A DNA stretch of 32,000 nucleotides from an uncultured Candidatus Neoarthromitus sp. (GTDB lineage Bacteria; Bacillota; Clostridia; Clostridiales; Clostridiaceae). The first letter of the stretch is position 1. Each line of letters starts with the position of its first letter. The notes under the pieces are model-generated. The model saw only the letters and a list, made by a program, of their open reading frames with translations. It had not been told where the DNA came from and made no database searches. Of this stretch, positions 9,145 to 19,193 are shown piece after piece. Both the position numbers and the translations under genes were made by a program. The stretch spans positions 29,043-61,042 of the forward strand of contig CALADQ010000012.1 of NCBI GenBank assembly GCA_937890765.1, read 5' to 3'.

Positions 9145-11280
9145 ATGGAGGATATTTTAAAAGTGCTAAATGTTTTAGAGACGACTTTTGAAGGTAGAAG
9201 ATTGGCTTTACAATGTGGTGAATTAGGTATGCTTTCTAACACCTCAATTTTTGTTAGTTATGGAGATACTTGTGTTCTCGTAAATGCTAATGCTTCAGAA
9301 AAACCTAGGGAAGGTATAGATTTCTTTCCTTTGAGCGTTGAATACGAAGAAAGATTATATTCTGTTGGCAAAATACCTGGTGGTTTTATTAAAAGAGAAG
9401 GTAAACCTTCAACTCAAGCAATACTTAATGGAAGAGCTATTGATAGACCTTTAAGGCCATTATTTCCTAAAGGTTATAGAAATGATGTTCAAATAGTTTG
9501 TACTGTTATGTCTGTAGAAAACGATAATTTGCCAGAAATTTTATCAATAAACGCTGCTTCGTTGGCCTTGTGTATTTCAAGTATACCATATAATGAGCCA
9601 GTTGGTGCAGTTATGGTTGGATATGTTAATGGTAAGTTTGTTGCTAACCCTACTTCAAAGCAAAGAGAAGAAACTTCTTTAAGTCTTACTGTTTGTGCAA
9701 CGAGAGAAAAAGTTATTATGATAGAAGCTGGTGGAGATGAAATACCAGAAGATATTATGTTTGATGCAATTAAATTTGGATTTGAAAAATGTCAGGAAGT
9801 TATTAAATTTCAATTAAGTGCTATTGAAAAATTTGGCAAAGAAAAAATTGTTCCTGAGCTTTACGAAGTTCCCAAATATATTGTGGATGAAGTACATAAA
9901 TTTTCTTACGATAAAATTAAAAATGTCATGTATACTACAGACAAAATTGAACGTGCTGAGATAATGGGTGATCTTAAAAATGTTATAAATGATCATTTTA
10001 CTGAAATTTATCCAGACAATATGGTAGATGTTAATCATGTTGTTTACAATATACAAAAAGACATTGTAAGAAAAATGGTTATAGATGAAAAAAGAAGACC
10101 AGATGGTAGAAATTTTGACGAGATAAGACCAATTTCATGTGGAGTTTCTATTTTACCTAGAACTCATGGAACAGGAATATTTACTAGAGGTTTAACTCAA
10201 GTTTTAACGATTGCTACTCTTGGGCCACTTGCAGATGTTCAAATAATTGATGGTATTGGTGAAGAAGAATATAAAAGATATATGCATCATTATAATTTTC
10301 CATCTTACAGTGTCGGTGAAGTTAAACCACTTAGAGGACCTGGAAGAAGAGAAATTGGGCATGGAGCACTTGCTGAAAAAGCATTAGAACCTTTAATTCC
10401 ATCAAAAGAAGATTTTCCATACACAATAAGGTTAGTTTCAGAAGTTTTGAGTTCTAATGGTTCAACATCTCAAGCATCGGTTTGTGGGAGTACACTTGCG
10501 TTATTAGATGCTGGTGTTCCAATTAAAAGACCTGCAGCGGGAATTGCTATAGGATTGTTCACTACTGATGATTTATCAAAAGAAGAAATTTTAACAGATA
10601 TTCAAGGGGTTGAAGATTTCTTTGGAGATATGGATTTCAAAGTTGCTGGTACTGAAAAAGGTATAACAGCTATACAAGTTGATACAAAAATAAAAGGATT
10701 ATCTTGGAATTGTATTGAGAAAAGTTTGGAATTAGCTAAAAAGGCACGAATGGAAATTCTTGAAAAAATTAATAAGTGTATTCCAACTCATAGAGAAGAA
10801 TTATCTGAGTTTGCTCCTAAAACTAAAGTTATAAAAATAGATCCTGAAAAAATTAGAGATGTAATAGGTATTGGTGGCAAAGTAATTAACAAAATAATTT
10901 CTGATGCTGAACTTAAGAAGCAGGCTATACATATTGAAGATGATGGAAGAATTTTTGTTTCTGATTATGATGTTAATAAAATTGATTATGCGGTTAAGCA
11001 AATAGAAATTATTACAAAAGAAATTAAAACTGGTGAAGTGTATCTTGGAAAAGTTGTTAAAATAACTAGCTTTGGTGCTTTTGTTGATATTTTTAATGGT
11101 AAAGAGGGTCTTGTTCATTTATCTAAGCTTTCTAATAAAAAAGTTGAAAAAGTTGAAAATGAAGTTTCTGTTGGTGATGAAATTTTAGTTAAAGTAATTG
11201 AAATCGATTCTCAAGGACGCATTAATTTGTCAAGAAAAGATGTTTTAGATAAAAAAGAAACGCAAGAAGATAAGGCATAG
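9145..11280 (+). CDS. pnp: Polyribonucleotide nucleotidyltransferase (PNPase)
   Basis: Two RNase PH domains ([52 protein letters not shown]), then KH ([10 protein letters not shown]) and S1 ([15 protein letters not shown]). The start is ambiguous. ATG 9145 has no SD, whereas the in-frame GTG 9163 lies 11 nt after GGAGG (9147-9151). Confidence 0.96.
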   Translation: MEDILKVLNVLETTFEGRRLALQCGELGMLSNTSIFVSYGDTCVLVNANASEKPREGIDFFPLSVEYEERLYSVGKIPGGFIKREGKPSTQAILNGRAIDRPLRPLFPKGYRNDVQIVCTVMSVENDNLPEILSINAASLALCISSIPYNEPVGAVMVGYVNGKFVANPTSKQREETSLSLTVCATREKVIMIEAGGDEIPEDIMFDAIKFGFEKCQEVIKFQLSAIEKFGKEKIVPELYEVPKYIVDEVHKFSYDKIKNVMYTTDKIERAEIMGDLKNVINDHFTEIYPDNMVDVNHVVYNIQKDIVRKMVIDEKRRPDGRNFDEIRPISCGVSILPRTHGTGIFTRGLTQVLTIATLGPLADVQIIDGIGEEEYKRYMHHYNFPSYSVGEVKPLRGPGRREIGHGALAEKALEPLIPSKEDFPYTIRLVSEVLSSNGSTSQASVCGSTLALLDAGVPIKRPAAGIAIGLFTTDDLSKEEILTDIQGVEDFFGDMDFKVAGTEKGITAIQVDTKIKGLSWNCIEKSLELAKKARMEILEKINKCIPTHREELSEFAPKTKVIKIDPEKIRDVIGIGGKVINKIISDAELKKQAIHIEDDGRIFVSDYDVNKIDYAVKQIEIITKEIKTGEVYLGKVVKITSFGAFVDIFNGKEGLVHLSKLSNKKVEKVENEVSVGDEILVKVIEIDSQGRINLSRKDVLDKKETQEDKA

Positions 11281-11308
11281 CGATAGTCTTATTTTATGTT
11301 CAAACAAG

Positions 11309-11348
11309 AGCAAGAGATAATATATCCTTGCTATTTTTTATTTTTTTA
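11309..11348 (+). terminator. Intrinsic terminator after pnp
   Basis: AGCAAG(A)GAT pairs with ATCCTTGCT: 9 bp with one bulge and a 5-nt loop. It is followed by ATTTTTTATTTTTTT. Confidence 0.75.
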
Positions 11349-11404
11349 TTAATTCCTTGTAATAAAAATTAAAAGTTTTAATATTTTATATTAGGAGGTA
11401 TTCG

Positions 11405-11692
11405 ATGAAAGAAAAAAATAAATTTTATAGCGATATCCGAAAATATGAAATTATAAATTTAAACGATGGAGAAAGATATGGTCCATTGTTCAATCATGAT
11501 CTAATTATTGATGAATATGGAAATTTTAAATACCTTATTATAAATGATAGAAAATCTAATGGGTTTTTCCTGACAAATACAAGAAATTCTTCGCAAATAC
11601 CATGGAACTTAATTAAAAAAATTGGTACAAAAACAATTTTAATTGATGTCGATGACTTAAATGAAAGAATAATTGATTCTTATATATATTAA
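11405..11692 (+). CDS. ymxH: YlmC/YmxH family PRC-barrel protein (sporulation-associated family)
   Basis: About 95 aa, with YEIINLNDGERYGPL..HDLIIDE.G....LII, which matches the YlmC/YmxH pattern. It sits between pnp and aspartate kinase as ymxH does in B. subtilis. AGGAGG lies 6 nt upstream of the ATG. Confidence 0.75.
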   Translation: MKEKNKFYSDIRKYEIINLNDGERYGPLFNHDLIIDEYGNFKYLIINDRKSNGFFLTNTRNSSQIPWNLIKKIGTKTILIDVDDLNERIIDSYIY

Positions 11693-11712
11693 TTTCTCGG
11701 GGTTTAAACAAT

Positions 11713-12912
11713 ATGGGATTTATTTTACAAAAATTTGGAGGGACTTCCGTACAAACTAAAAATTCAAGATTAAGTTGCATTAACAAAATAAAAAAGTGTA
11801 TTGATGATGGTCATAAATTAATAATTGTAATATCCGCTATAGGACGAAAAAATGATCCGTATTCAACAGATGGATTATTGTCTTTAGTTTCAGAAAATTT
11901 TAAAAAAAATAATTTGGTATATTTAGATAAGTTAGTTAGCTGTGGCGAAATAATTAGCTCAATAGTTTTTTCATCAGAACTTCAATCTAATAATATAAAT
12001 GCGATTCCATTAATAGGACAAGATATTGGGATACTTACAGATAACAATTTTGGAAATGCAAAAATTTTAAATATAGATACGTCGAATATTGAAGAGCTGC
12101 TTTCAAAAAATATTATTCCTATAATTGCAGGTTTTCAAGGCGTAACGAACAAAGGAGATATTACAACTCTCGGAAGAGGTGGAAGTGATATTTCAGCTGT
12201 GAAATTGGCGAGTGCATTAAAGTGCGATATGGTTGAGTTTTATAAAGATGTTGACGGGCTTATGACCGCAGACCCGAAAATTGTTTGCAACGCAAAATCG
12301 ATTGACCAAATAAGTTACGAAGAATTGTTTGAGTTGTCTGTGGATGGAAGCAACATTATACATCCTGAAGCTGTAAAAAATGCAATGGAAGATAATATTC
12401 CTATAATTATAAAAAATACGTTTAATAATTTTGAGGGAACAACAATCAATAATGGTTTGTGTCATAATGACGATTTTTTTAAAGGAATGACTTATCTCAA
12501 AGATTGTATTCAAATTAAGATATTTAAAAATGAAAATATTGAAAATGAAAATTATTATAAAGTTTTTCAAAAAATTTCTATTATGAATATAAATATAGAT
12601 TTTATAAATATTTTTGTGGACCACAAAGTTTTTACAATACACAAAAATCATTTCGATACTATAAGAGAAATTTTGAAAGATTACAATTTAAATTATAAAA
12701 TTTTCACTGAATGCTCAAAGATTAGTATTGTTAAATCAAATCTAAAAAATATTTCCATTACTATGGCTAAGCTTGTGGAGCTTCTTCATAAACAAAGTAT
12801 AGAGGTTTTGCAAACGAATCATTCCAAAATGAGCATTTGGCTTTTAGTTGAAAATGAAAAATTAGATGAGAGTTTGAACATTATTCACGATAATTTTTTT
12901 GAAACAAAATAG
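11713..12912 (+). CDS. dapG: Aspartate kinase (DapG-like, monofunctional)
   Basis: Motifs LQKFGGTSV, VVISAIG, TTLGRGGSDISAV and KDVDGLMTADPKIV, with C-terminal ACT-like repeats. The length of 399 aa is typical of aspartokinase I. Confidence 0.88.
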   Translation: MGFILQKFGGTSVQTKNSRLSCINKIKKCIDDGHKLIIVISAIGRKNDPYSTDGLLSLVSENFKKNNLVYLDKLVSCGEIISSIVFSSELQSNNINAIPLIGQDIGILTDNNFGNAKILNIDTSNIEELLSKNIIPIIAGFQGVTNKGDITTLGRGGSDISAVKLASALKCDMVEFYKDVDGLMTADPKIVCNAKSIDQISYEELFELSVDGSNIIHPEAVKNAMEDNIPIIIKNTFNNFEGTTINNGLCHNDDFFKGMTYLKDCIQIKIFKNENIENENYYKVFQKISIMNINIDFINIFVDHKVFTIHKNHFDTIREILKDYNLNYKIFTECSKISIVKSNLKNISITMAKLVELLHKQSIEVLQTNHSKMSIWLLVENEKLDESLNIIHDNFFETK

Positions 12913-12955
12913 ATTAGCAAGTTTAAAGAATGACTTGCTAATTTTTATTTTTTTT
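12913..12955 (+). terminator. Intrinsic terminator after the aspartate kinase gene
   Basis: ATTAGCAAGT (12913-12922) pairs perfectly with ACTTGCTAAT (12933-12942) around a 10-nt loop. It is followed by TTTTTATTTTTTTT. Confidence 0.85.
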
Positions 12956-13021
12956 GAATAAATTACACATTTATTTACAAACTATTAATGAATTATTTTG
13001 TCTTTGGGAAGGAGTTTAATT

Positions 13022-13792
13022 ATGTTTTATGATATGCCAAGCATTTATAAGAATGCTTTTCAATTTTTATCTTCAACTGGACAACTTGGTGATGGGAAAA
13101 TGGAAAACAATCAACCAACAGAGACAGCAAAAAATATAAAAGATTTCGGTATGATTGAAGTTGTTAATTCAAAAGACCCTGCAAATTATATACAAACTAT
13201 AAATATAATTGGGCAAATTGAAGGACATGGTGTTTCATCTCCACAAACAAAAAGTACGAAATACGAACACGTAATTCCTCAACTTATTGCAATGGAACAA
13301 AACACAAATGTAAAAGGAGTTCTTATAACTTTAAATACTCTTGGAGGAGATGTTGAAGCTGGACTAGCTATAGCTGAAATGATAAATAGTTTGAGCATGC
13401 CAACTGTTTCTTTAGTTTTAGGAGGAAGTCATTCGATTGGTGTTCCTTTAGCAACTGCATCAGATTACGCTTTTATTACGCCATCTGCAACAATGATAAT
13501 TCATCCTGTGAGAATGAATGGATTAATTATTGGTGTGCCACAAACTTTTGATTATTTTAAAAAGATGCAAGAAAGAATTACAGATTTTATTGTGAGAACA
13601 AGCAACATAAAAAAGGAAATTTTAGATGGACTTTTACAAGAAACTGGAGATTTGTTAAATGACATGGGAACAATTTTAATTGGACAAGAAGCTGTTGACT
13701 ATGGACTTATTGAAGAAGTTGGTGGAATAAATGATGCTCTAAAAAAATTAAATTCCATGATTGAAGAAAAGGAAAAAGCAGATAAAAAATAG
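13022..13792 (+). CDS. tepA: ClpP-fold serine protease-like protein, TepA family (translocation-enhancing protein)
   Basis: IIGQIEGH...KSTKYEHVIPQLIAMEQN...TLGGDVEAGLAIAEMI..LS.PTVSLVLGGSHSIGVPLA...ATMIIHPVR..GLIIGVPQTF.Y..KMQERI closely tracks B. subtilis TepA as I remember it. ATG 13022 follows the SD GGAAGGAG. The track start at 12998 is an upstream in-frame extension. Confidence 0.8.
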   Translation: MFYDMPSIYKNAFQFLSSTGQLGDGKMENNQPTETAKNIKDFGMIEVVNSKDPANYIQTINIIGQIEGHGVSSPQTKSTKYEHVIPQLIAMEQNTNVKGVLITLNTLGGDVEAGLAIAEMINSLSMPTVSLVLGGSHSIGVPLATASDYAFITPSATMIIHPVRMNGLIIGVPQTFDYFKKMQERITDFIVRTSNIKKEILDGLLQETGDLLNDMGTILIGQEAVDYGLIEEVGGINDALKKLNSMIEEKEKADKK

Positions 13793-13819
13793 AATAAGAA
13801 CTAAGAATACAAATTTTTA

Positions 13820-13848
13820 TTGAAATAACAATTTATTTATGACAAAAT
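13820..13848 (+). promoter_or_regulatory. Possible sigma-A promoter for ftsK
   Basis: TTGAAA (13820-13825), 17 nt, CAAAAT (13843-13848), preceded by TG (TGACAAAAT). The weak -10 makes this tentative. Confidence 0.35.
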
Positions 13849-13902
13849 AATTTGTAAAATTATTTGGTAATTTAAGTTCATTCGAAGAGGTTTTTTAAAA
13901 TT

Positions 13903-16185
13903 ATGAAGAATGTTAATAAGCGTAACGAAATTATAGGTGTTTTACTGATTCTCATAGCGTTTCTTTTGCTCATAGGTTTTTATTCTAATACAGAAGCATT
14001 TCTCTTGGTTTTCATAAAAAATATTGTAAAATCTGGAATAGGTTTTGGAGGATATTTCATTCCCTTTTTAGTAGGTTTCACTGGATTGGTTTTGATTTCA
14101 CAAAAACCTTTTAGGAAGTTAAATAAAAAATTTTATGGAGTGATTTGTTTTATGGTGACGGCTTATTTTATAATAAGTTTAGTCACTCTCAGCAAATATG
14201 ATAAGGAAAATTATTTTTTGTCAATTCAATCCATAATAAACACAAGTTCATCATTTCATGGTGGAATTTTCGGTTTAAGTATAACTAGAGTTATGAAAAC
14301 CATAATTGGATTTTGGGGAAGTTTGTTTTCTTTAATTGCTGTAAATATAATCAGCATAATTGTAATTTTTGATAAATCAATTTATGATTTGGCAAAAATT
14401 TTTAAAAAAAAAGTGAGTAATGTAGTAAAAAAAAGGAATTACACTAAAGATAAATTGCCTTATGATGATAATGTTAAACAATCAAATCAAATTCTTTCTA
14501 TGGAAAGAAAGAAGAAGAGCAATACTTCAATAGTTAAATTTTTATCTAAATCTCTTTCATTGGACGAGCCTCAAGAGATTTTTGACGATGAAAAAAATGT
14601 TAATCCTGTTAAAGATAATGATGAACAAAAAATTTTTGAAACTCAAAATGATTTTGATGAAGATGAAGATGTAAGTTTAGATTTAGATAAAGCTATTGAA
14701 GAAATTGAAGAAAAGTTTTGTTTGCCCAAAAATGAAGAATACGAAGTGTGCGACACTAATGAAAATGAAGAAATTGATATTGATTATTTAGAGGAAACTG
14801 AAAAAAATGATTCGTCAGAAATTATTGACGAGTTGCAACGAAAACGCGATGCTTTACAGACAGTTCTTGATAATTTTAAAGTTAAGGCAACTATCACAAA
14901 TGTTGAAAGAGGGCCAGCTATTACTCGATATGAACTTGAACCTGATAAAGGAGTTAAGGTTAGCAAAATTTTAAATTTATCTGACGACATAGCGTTAGCT
15001 CTTGCAACTAACGGAATAAGAATAGAAGCTCCTATTCCTGGAAAATCACGAATTGGTATTGAAGTTCCTAATGATGTTGTTTCCACTATAAAACTTAAAG
15101 AAATTATTCAATCAGAAGAATTTGATTCTTCAAAACACAAAATCAGTATAGCTTTAGGAAGAGATATAAGTGGAAAAAGTGTTGTTACAGATTTGGCGAC
15201 TATGCCACATTTGCTTATTGCTGGTGCTACTGGGTCAGGAAAGTCTGTTTGCATTAACACTATTTTATTTAGCATTTTGTTTAAGTATACGGATACTCAA
15301 GTTAAACTAATTTTAATAGACCCTAAGGTCGTTGAATTAAATGTTTATAATGGAATTCCACATTTGTTAATTCCAGTTGTAACAGATCCTAAAAAAGCTT
15401 CAAGTGCTTTGAATTGGGCGATTGTTGAAATGACAAAACGATATAATAAATTTGCCGAAAGAGGCGTTAGAAACATAGATAGTTACAATGAGCTTTTTAA
15501 GAAAAAACAAATTGATGAAAAGCTTCCGTACATAGTTATAATAATTGACGAGTTGGCTGACCTTATGATGGTTTGTCATAACGAAGTTGAAGATTCTGTT
15601 GCAAGACTTGCACAAATGGCAAGAGCAGCAGGCATGCATCTTATAATAGCAACTCAACGCCCTTCTGTTGACGTAATAACAGGAGTTATTAAAGCAAATA
15701 TACCTTCAAGAATTTCATTTTCTGTTTCAAGCTCTGTTGATTCGAGAACAATTTTAGATCAGTCAGGCGCAGAAAAACTTCTTGGAAAGGGTGATATGCT
15801 TTTTTATCCAATGGGATATTTAAAACCTCAACGAATTCAAGGTGCGTTTATTTCAGAATTTGAAGTTGAAAAATTTGTTAATCAAATTAAAAAGAAATAT
15901 AAATCTAAAACAAATTATAATGAAGAAATAATTGAGCATATAAACAATTCCACTTCAAAATCAAGTGGAGCTAGCTTTAATGATGATGAGCTTATTGATG
16001 AAGCGATAAATGTTATTTTGGAAAACAACAATGCTACAATTTCAATTTTGCAAAGAAAATTAAAAATAGGATACAACAGAGCGGCAAGCATTATTGAAGA
16101 ACTTGAAAGGCGTGGGATAATTGGCGTTAAAGGCTCTTCAAAAAAAGAAATTTTAATAGATAGAAACGACTTAGATAATTATTAA
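13903..16185 (+). CDS. ftsK: DNA translocase FtsK/SpoIIIE
   Basis: Has an N-terminal multi-TM region, an acidic linker, a motor domain with Walker A GATGSGKSV and Walker B IIIDELADL, and a C-terminal gamma winged helix (ISILQRKLKIGYNRAASIIEELERRGIIG). Confidence 0.95.
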   Translation: MKNVNKRNEIIGVLLILIAFLLLIGFYSNTEAFLLVFIKNIVKSGIGFGGYFIPFLVGFTGLVLISQKPFRKLNKKFYGVICFMVTAYFIISLVTLSKYDKENYFLSIQSIINTSSSFHGGIFGLSITRVMKTIIGFWGSLFSLIAVNIISIIVIFDKSIYDLAKIFKKKVSNVVKKRNYTKDKLPYDDNVKQSNQILSMERKKKSNTSIVKFLSKSLSLDEPQEIFDDEKNVNPVKDNDEQKIFETQNDFDEDEDVSLDLDKAIEEIEEKFCLPKNEEYEVCDTNENEEIDIDYLEETEKNDSSEIIDELQRKRDALQTVLDNFKVKATITNVERGPAITRYELEPDKGVKVSKILNLSDDIALALATNGIRIEAPIPGKSRIGIEVPNDVVSTIKLKEIIQSEEFDSSKHKISIALGRDISGKSVVTDLATMPHLLIAGATGSGKSVCINTILFSILFKYTDTQVKLILIDPKVVELNVYNGIPHLLIPVVTDPKKASSALNWAIVEMTKRYNKFAERGVRNIDSYNELFKKKQIDEKLPYIVIIIDELADLMMVCHNEVEDSVARLAQMARAAGMHLIIATQRPSVDVITGVIKANIPSRISFSVSSSVDSRTILDQSGAEKLLGKGDMLFYPMGYLKPQRIQGAFISEFEVEKFVNQIKKKYKSKTNYNEEIIEHINNSTSKSSGASFNDDELIDEAINVILENNNATISILQRKLKIGYNRAASIIEELERRGIIGVKGSSKKEILIDRNDLDNY

Positions 16186-16204
16186 TAGTGAGGATTTTAA
16201 AAAA

Positions 16205-17521
16205 GTGAATAAATTGAAATTAGGCGTTATTAGCCTTGGTTGTGATAAAAATACAATTGATACAGAAATGTTTTTGGGAAGTTTAGTAGATAAATTTGAA
16301 TTGACGATAAATGAAAAAGAAGCAGATGTATTAATAATAAACACCTGCTCTTTCATTGAATCAGCAAAACAAGAATCCATTGATACGATTTTGGAAATAG
16401 CTCAATACAAAAAAAATAATTTGAAAGCTTTGGTTGTTACTGGGTGTTTGTCAAAAAGATATGGAAAAGATTTGTTTGAGTCTATGCCCGAAATTGATAT
16501 AATTCTTGGAGTTATGAATTATGAAAAGTTGTACGAACATATACAAAACTTTTTGTCAAATGGAAAACGAATTATTGATAACGAAAATACGGAAAATAAA
16601 ATATTTGAAAACACGCGAATACTTACAACGCCAAAACATTATGGGTATTTAAAAATTTCTGAAGGATGCAATAATAATTGTACTTTTTGCATAATTCCAA
16701 AAATCAGAGGACGTCATGTTAGTCGTTCTATGGAAAGTCTTATAAATGAAGCAAAAATTTTATCGAAGCAAGGAATCAAAGAACTTATATTAATCGCTCA
16801 AGATATTACAAAATACGGTTTGGATTTATACGGTGAAAAAAAATTGGTTCATTTAATTCAAGAGCTTTCAAAAATAAATGAAATTAAATGGATAAGACTT
16901 CATTATGCTTATCCTGAAGATATAAGTGATGAATTAATTCAAGAGTTAAAACAAAATCCCAAACTTTGTAAATACATAGACATACCTCTTCAACATGTTA
17001 GCGATAGCATTTTAAAAAGAATGGCTCGTCACACTAGAAAAAATAAAATCTATTCTTTAATTAACAAACTTAGAGAAGTTGAAAACATTGTAATAAGAAC
17101 TTCTTTAATCGTTGGCTTTCCTGGAGAGACTGAAGATGATTTTGAAATGCTTTGCGATTTTATAAAACAAGGTAACATTGATAACATAGGAGTTTTTACA
17201 TATTCTCAAGAAGAAGATACAGTTGCGTCAACCCTCGATGGACAAATTGACGAAAATACAAAAACTAAAAGGCGCAATACCATAATGGAGATTCAACAAA
17301 AAGTTTCTAGAAAACTTTTAGAAAACAAAATATCTCAAACTTTTGAAGCTGTAATAGATTCTAAAAATGACGAATTTTATGTCGGACGATTAAATTTTCA
17401 GAGTCCTGGAATTGATGGTATAATTTATATAAAATCTAGTCATAATCTCAATGTGGGTGAATTTGTTAAAGTTAAAATCACTTCGTGTTTGGATTATGAT
17501 TTCATAGGAGAGATTGTTTGA
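16205..17521 (+). CDS. rimO: Ribosomal protein uS12 methylthiotransferase RimO
   Basis: N-terminal UPF0004 block VISLGCDKNTIDTEM, radical-SAM CNNNCTFCIIP, and a C-terminal TRAM domain. GTG start after the SD GAGGA. Confidence 0.9.
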   Translation: MNKLKLGVISLGCDKNTIDTEMFLGSLVDKFELTINEKEADVLIINTCSFIESAKQESIDTILEIAQYKKNNLKALVVTGCLSKRYGKDLFESMPEIDIILGVMNYEKLYEHIQNFLSNGKRIIDNENTENKIFENTRILTTPKHYGYLKISEGCNNNCTFCIIPKIRGRHVSRSMESLINEAKILSKQGIKELILIAQDITKYGLDLYGEKKLVHLIQELSKINEIKWIRLHYAYPEDISDELIQELKQNPKLCKYIDIPLQHVSDSILKRMARHTRKNKIYSLINKLREVENIVIRTSLIVGFPGETEDDFEMLCDFIKQGNIDNIGVFTYSQEEDTVASTLDGQIDENTKTKRRNTIMEIQQKVSRKLLENKISQTFEAVIDSKNDEFYVGRLNFQSPGIDGIIYIKSSHNLNVGEFVKVKITSCLDYDFIGEIV

Positions 17522-18087
17522 TGAATTTGCCTAATAAGTTAACTGTGTTTAGAATTTTTTTAATACCTGTATTTTTAATTCTAATAAACATTCCAACTAA
17601 AGTTGGAATATTAGGTGCGTTATTTGTTTTTATCGTTGCATCTTTAACAGATCAACTAGATGGATACATAGCAAGAAAATATAATTTAATAACTAATTTT
17701 GGAAAATTAATGGATCCATTAGCTGATAAACTTTTAGTTTCTGCTGCTTTTATATTTTTCGTTGAATTCGGATTAGTAGATTCATTTTTAGTTATAATTA
17801 TTATTTCAAGAGAATTTATTGTTACAGGAATTAGGCTCGTGTTAGCTGAAAGTGGTGAAGTAGTAGCAGCCAACTTTTACGGCAAGATGAAAACCGTTTT
17901 TCAAATTGTATCAGTTATATTTTTGAATTTAAAATTTTACAATAAGATGATTGGGATTCCAGACCCGTATGGTTTAGTAATTGGTATGATTGGTGATTTT
18001 ACATTTTATATTTGTGTAATTCTTACCATTATATCTGGTTTAGATTACGTAATGAAAAATATTAAAGGTTTAAGGGAGGTATTGTAA
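17518..18087 (+). CDS. pgsA: CDP-diacylglycerol--glycerol-3-phosphate 3-phosphatidyltransferase
   Basis: CDP-alcohol phosphotransferase motif DQLDGYIARKYNLITNFGKLMDPLADK in a multi-TM protein. It overlaps the rimO stop by 4 nt. Confidence 0.9.
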   Translation: MMNLPNKLTVFRIFLIPVFLILINIPTKVGILGALFVFIVASLTDQLDGYIARKYNLITNFGKLMDPLADKLLVSAAFIFFVEFGLVDSFLVIIIISREFIVTGIRLVLAESGEVVAANFYGKMKTVFQIVSVIFLNLKFYNKMIGIPDPYGLVIGMIGDFTFYICVILTIISGLDYVMKNIKGLREVL

Positions 18088-18092
18088 TTTAA

Positions 18093-19142
18093 ATGGACTT
18101 AGATAAAATAAAAGCTATTGAAATGGCAATGAGTCAAATTGAAAAACAGTATGGAAAAGGCTCTATAATGAAGTTGGGCGAACAAAAATCATTTAATTTA
18201 GAGAGCGTTTCCACTGGATGTCTGGATTTAGATATAGCTCTTGGAATTGGAGGACTTCCAAAAGGAAGAATAATAGAAATTTATGGCCCTGAATCTTCTG
18301 GAAAAACTACTGTTGCACTTCATGTTATTGCTGAGGCACAAAAAAAAGGTGGAGCAGCAGCGTTTATAGATGCAGAACATGCACTTGATCCAAGTTATGC
18401 TAAAAATTTAGGAGTTGACGTAGAAAATTTAATTATTTCTCAGCCTGACAATGGTGAGCAAGCTCTTGAAATATCTGAGGCTTTGGTACGTTCTGGTGCA
18501 ATAGATGTAATTGTAATTGATTCCGTTGCCGCTCTAGTTCCTAGAGCTGAAATTGAAGGAGAAATGGGTGATTCTCATGTCGGTCTTCAAGCGAGATTAA
18601 TGTCACAAGCTTTAAGAAAATTAGCTGGACATATAAACAAATCAAAATGCGTTGCTATATTCATAAATCAACTTAGGGAAAAAGTAGGGGTAATGTTTGG
18701 TAATCCTGAAACTACCCCAGGTGGTAGAGCTTTAAAATTTTATGCTTCTGTGAGACTTGATGTAAGAAGAATTGACTCTATAAAACAAGGTGATGAAATA
18801 GTAGGTAATAGAACCAGAGTAAAAATTATGAAAAATAAAGTTGCACCTCCATTTAGATTATCTGAATTTGACATTATATACAATAAGGGTATATCTAAAG
18901 AAGGAAGTTTATTGGATTTAGCGGTTAAAGAAAACATAATTCAAAAAAGCGGTTCTTGGTTTTCTTATAATAACGAAAAACTTGGACAAGGTAGAGAAAA
19001 TGCGAAGCAATTTTTGGCAGATAACCAAGAAATTTTAAATGAAATTGAAAAAATAATTTTAGAAAAATATAGCATATTGAATTATGATAAAGCAATTGAT
19101 AATAATGTTAATAATGATTCTATTAACGAAATAAAATCTTAA
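18093..19142 (+). CDS. recA: Recombinase RecA
   Basis: [15 protein letters not shown], Walker [28 protein letters not shown], and the L2 loop [35 protein letters not shown]. Confidence 0.98.
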   Translation: MDLDKIKAIEMAMSQIEKQYGKGSIMKLGEQKSFNLESVSTGCLDLDIALGIGGLPKGRIIEIYGPESSGKTTVALHVIAEAQKKGGAAAFIDAEHALDPSYAKNLGVDVENLIISQPDNGEQALEISEALVRSGAIDVIVIDSVAALVPRAEIEGEMGDSHVGLQARLMSQALRKLAGHINKSKCVAIFINQLREKVGVMFGNPETTPGGRALKFYASVRLDVRRIDSIKQGDEIVGNRTRVKIMKNKVAPPFRLSEFDIIYNKGISKEGSLLDLAVKENIIQKSGSWFSYNNEKLGQGRENAKQFLADNQEILNEIEKIILEKYSILNYDKAIDNNVNNDSINEIKS

Positions 19143-19164
19143 AATTTATAATATTTTCTTATAA

Positions 19165-19193
19165 TTGACATTAAGTAAAATTTAATATAAAAT
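19165..19193 (+). promoter_or_regulatory. Sigma-A type promoter upstream of rny
   Basis: TTGACA (19165-19170), 17 nt, TAAAAT (19188-19193). Confidence 0.55.

Noticed and set aside
11277-11304. A dif-like TTATGTTCAAA just after the pnp stop. A similar TTATGTAAATC lies on the minus strand near 31300-31312.
   Set aside because: The flanking left-arm and central positions do not resemble dif. These are isolated half-site similarities only.
12217-12651. A 144-aa ORF antisense to the aspartate kinase gene.
   Set aside because: It lies entirely inside a well-supported CDS on the opposite strand. The translation is low-complexity and I/F/N/K-rich, and there is no SD or promoter. This is a typical shadow ORF.
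14404-14434. A9 and A8 homopolymer runs in ftsK (similar A8-A10 runs occur in nusA near 2284 and 2939) as possible phase-variation tracts.
   Set aside because: They sit in essential housekeeping genes in lysine-rich linkers of an AT-rich genome. The reading frames are intact, and nothing suggests on/off switching.
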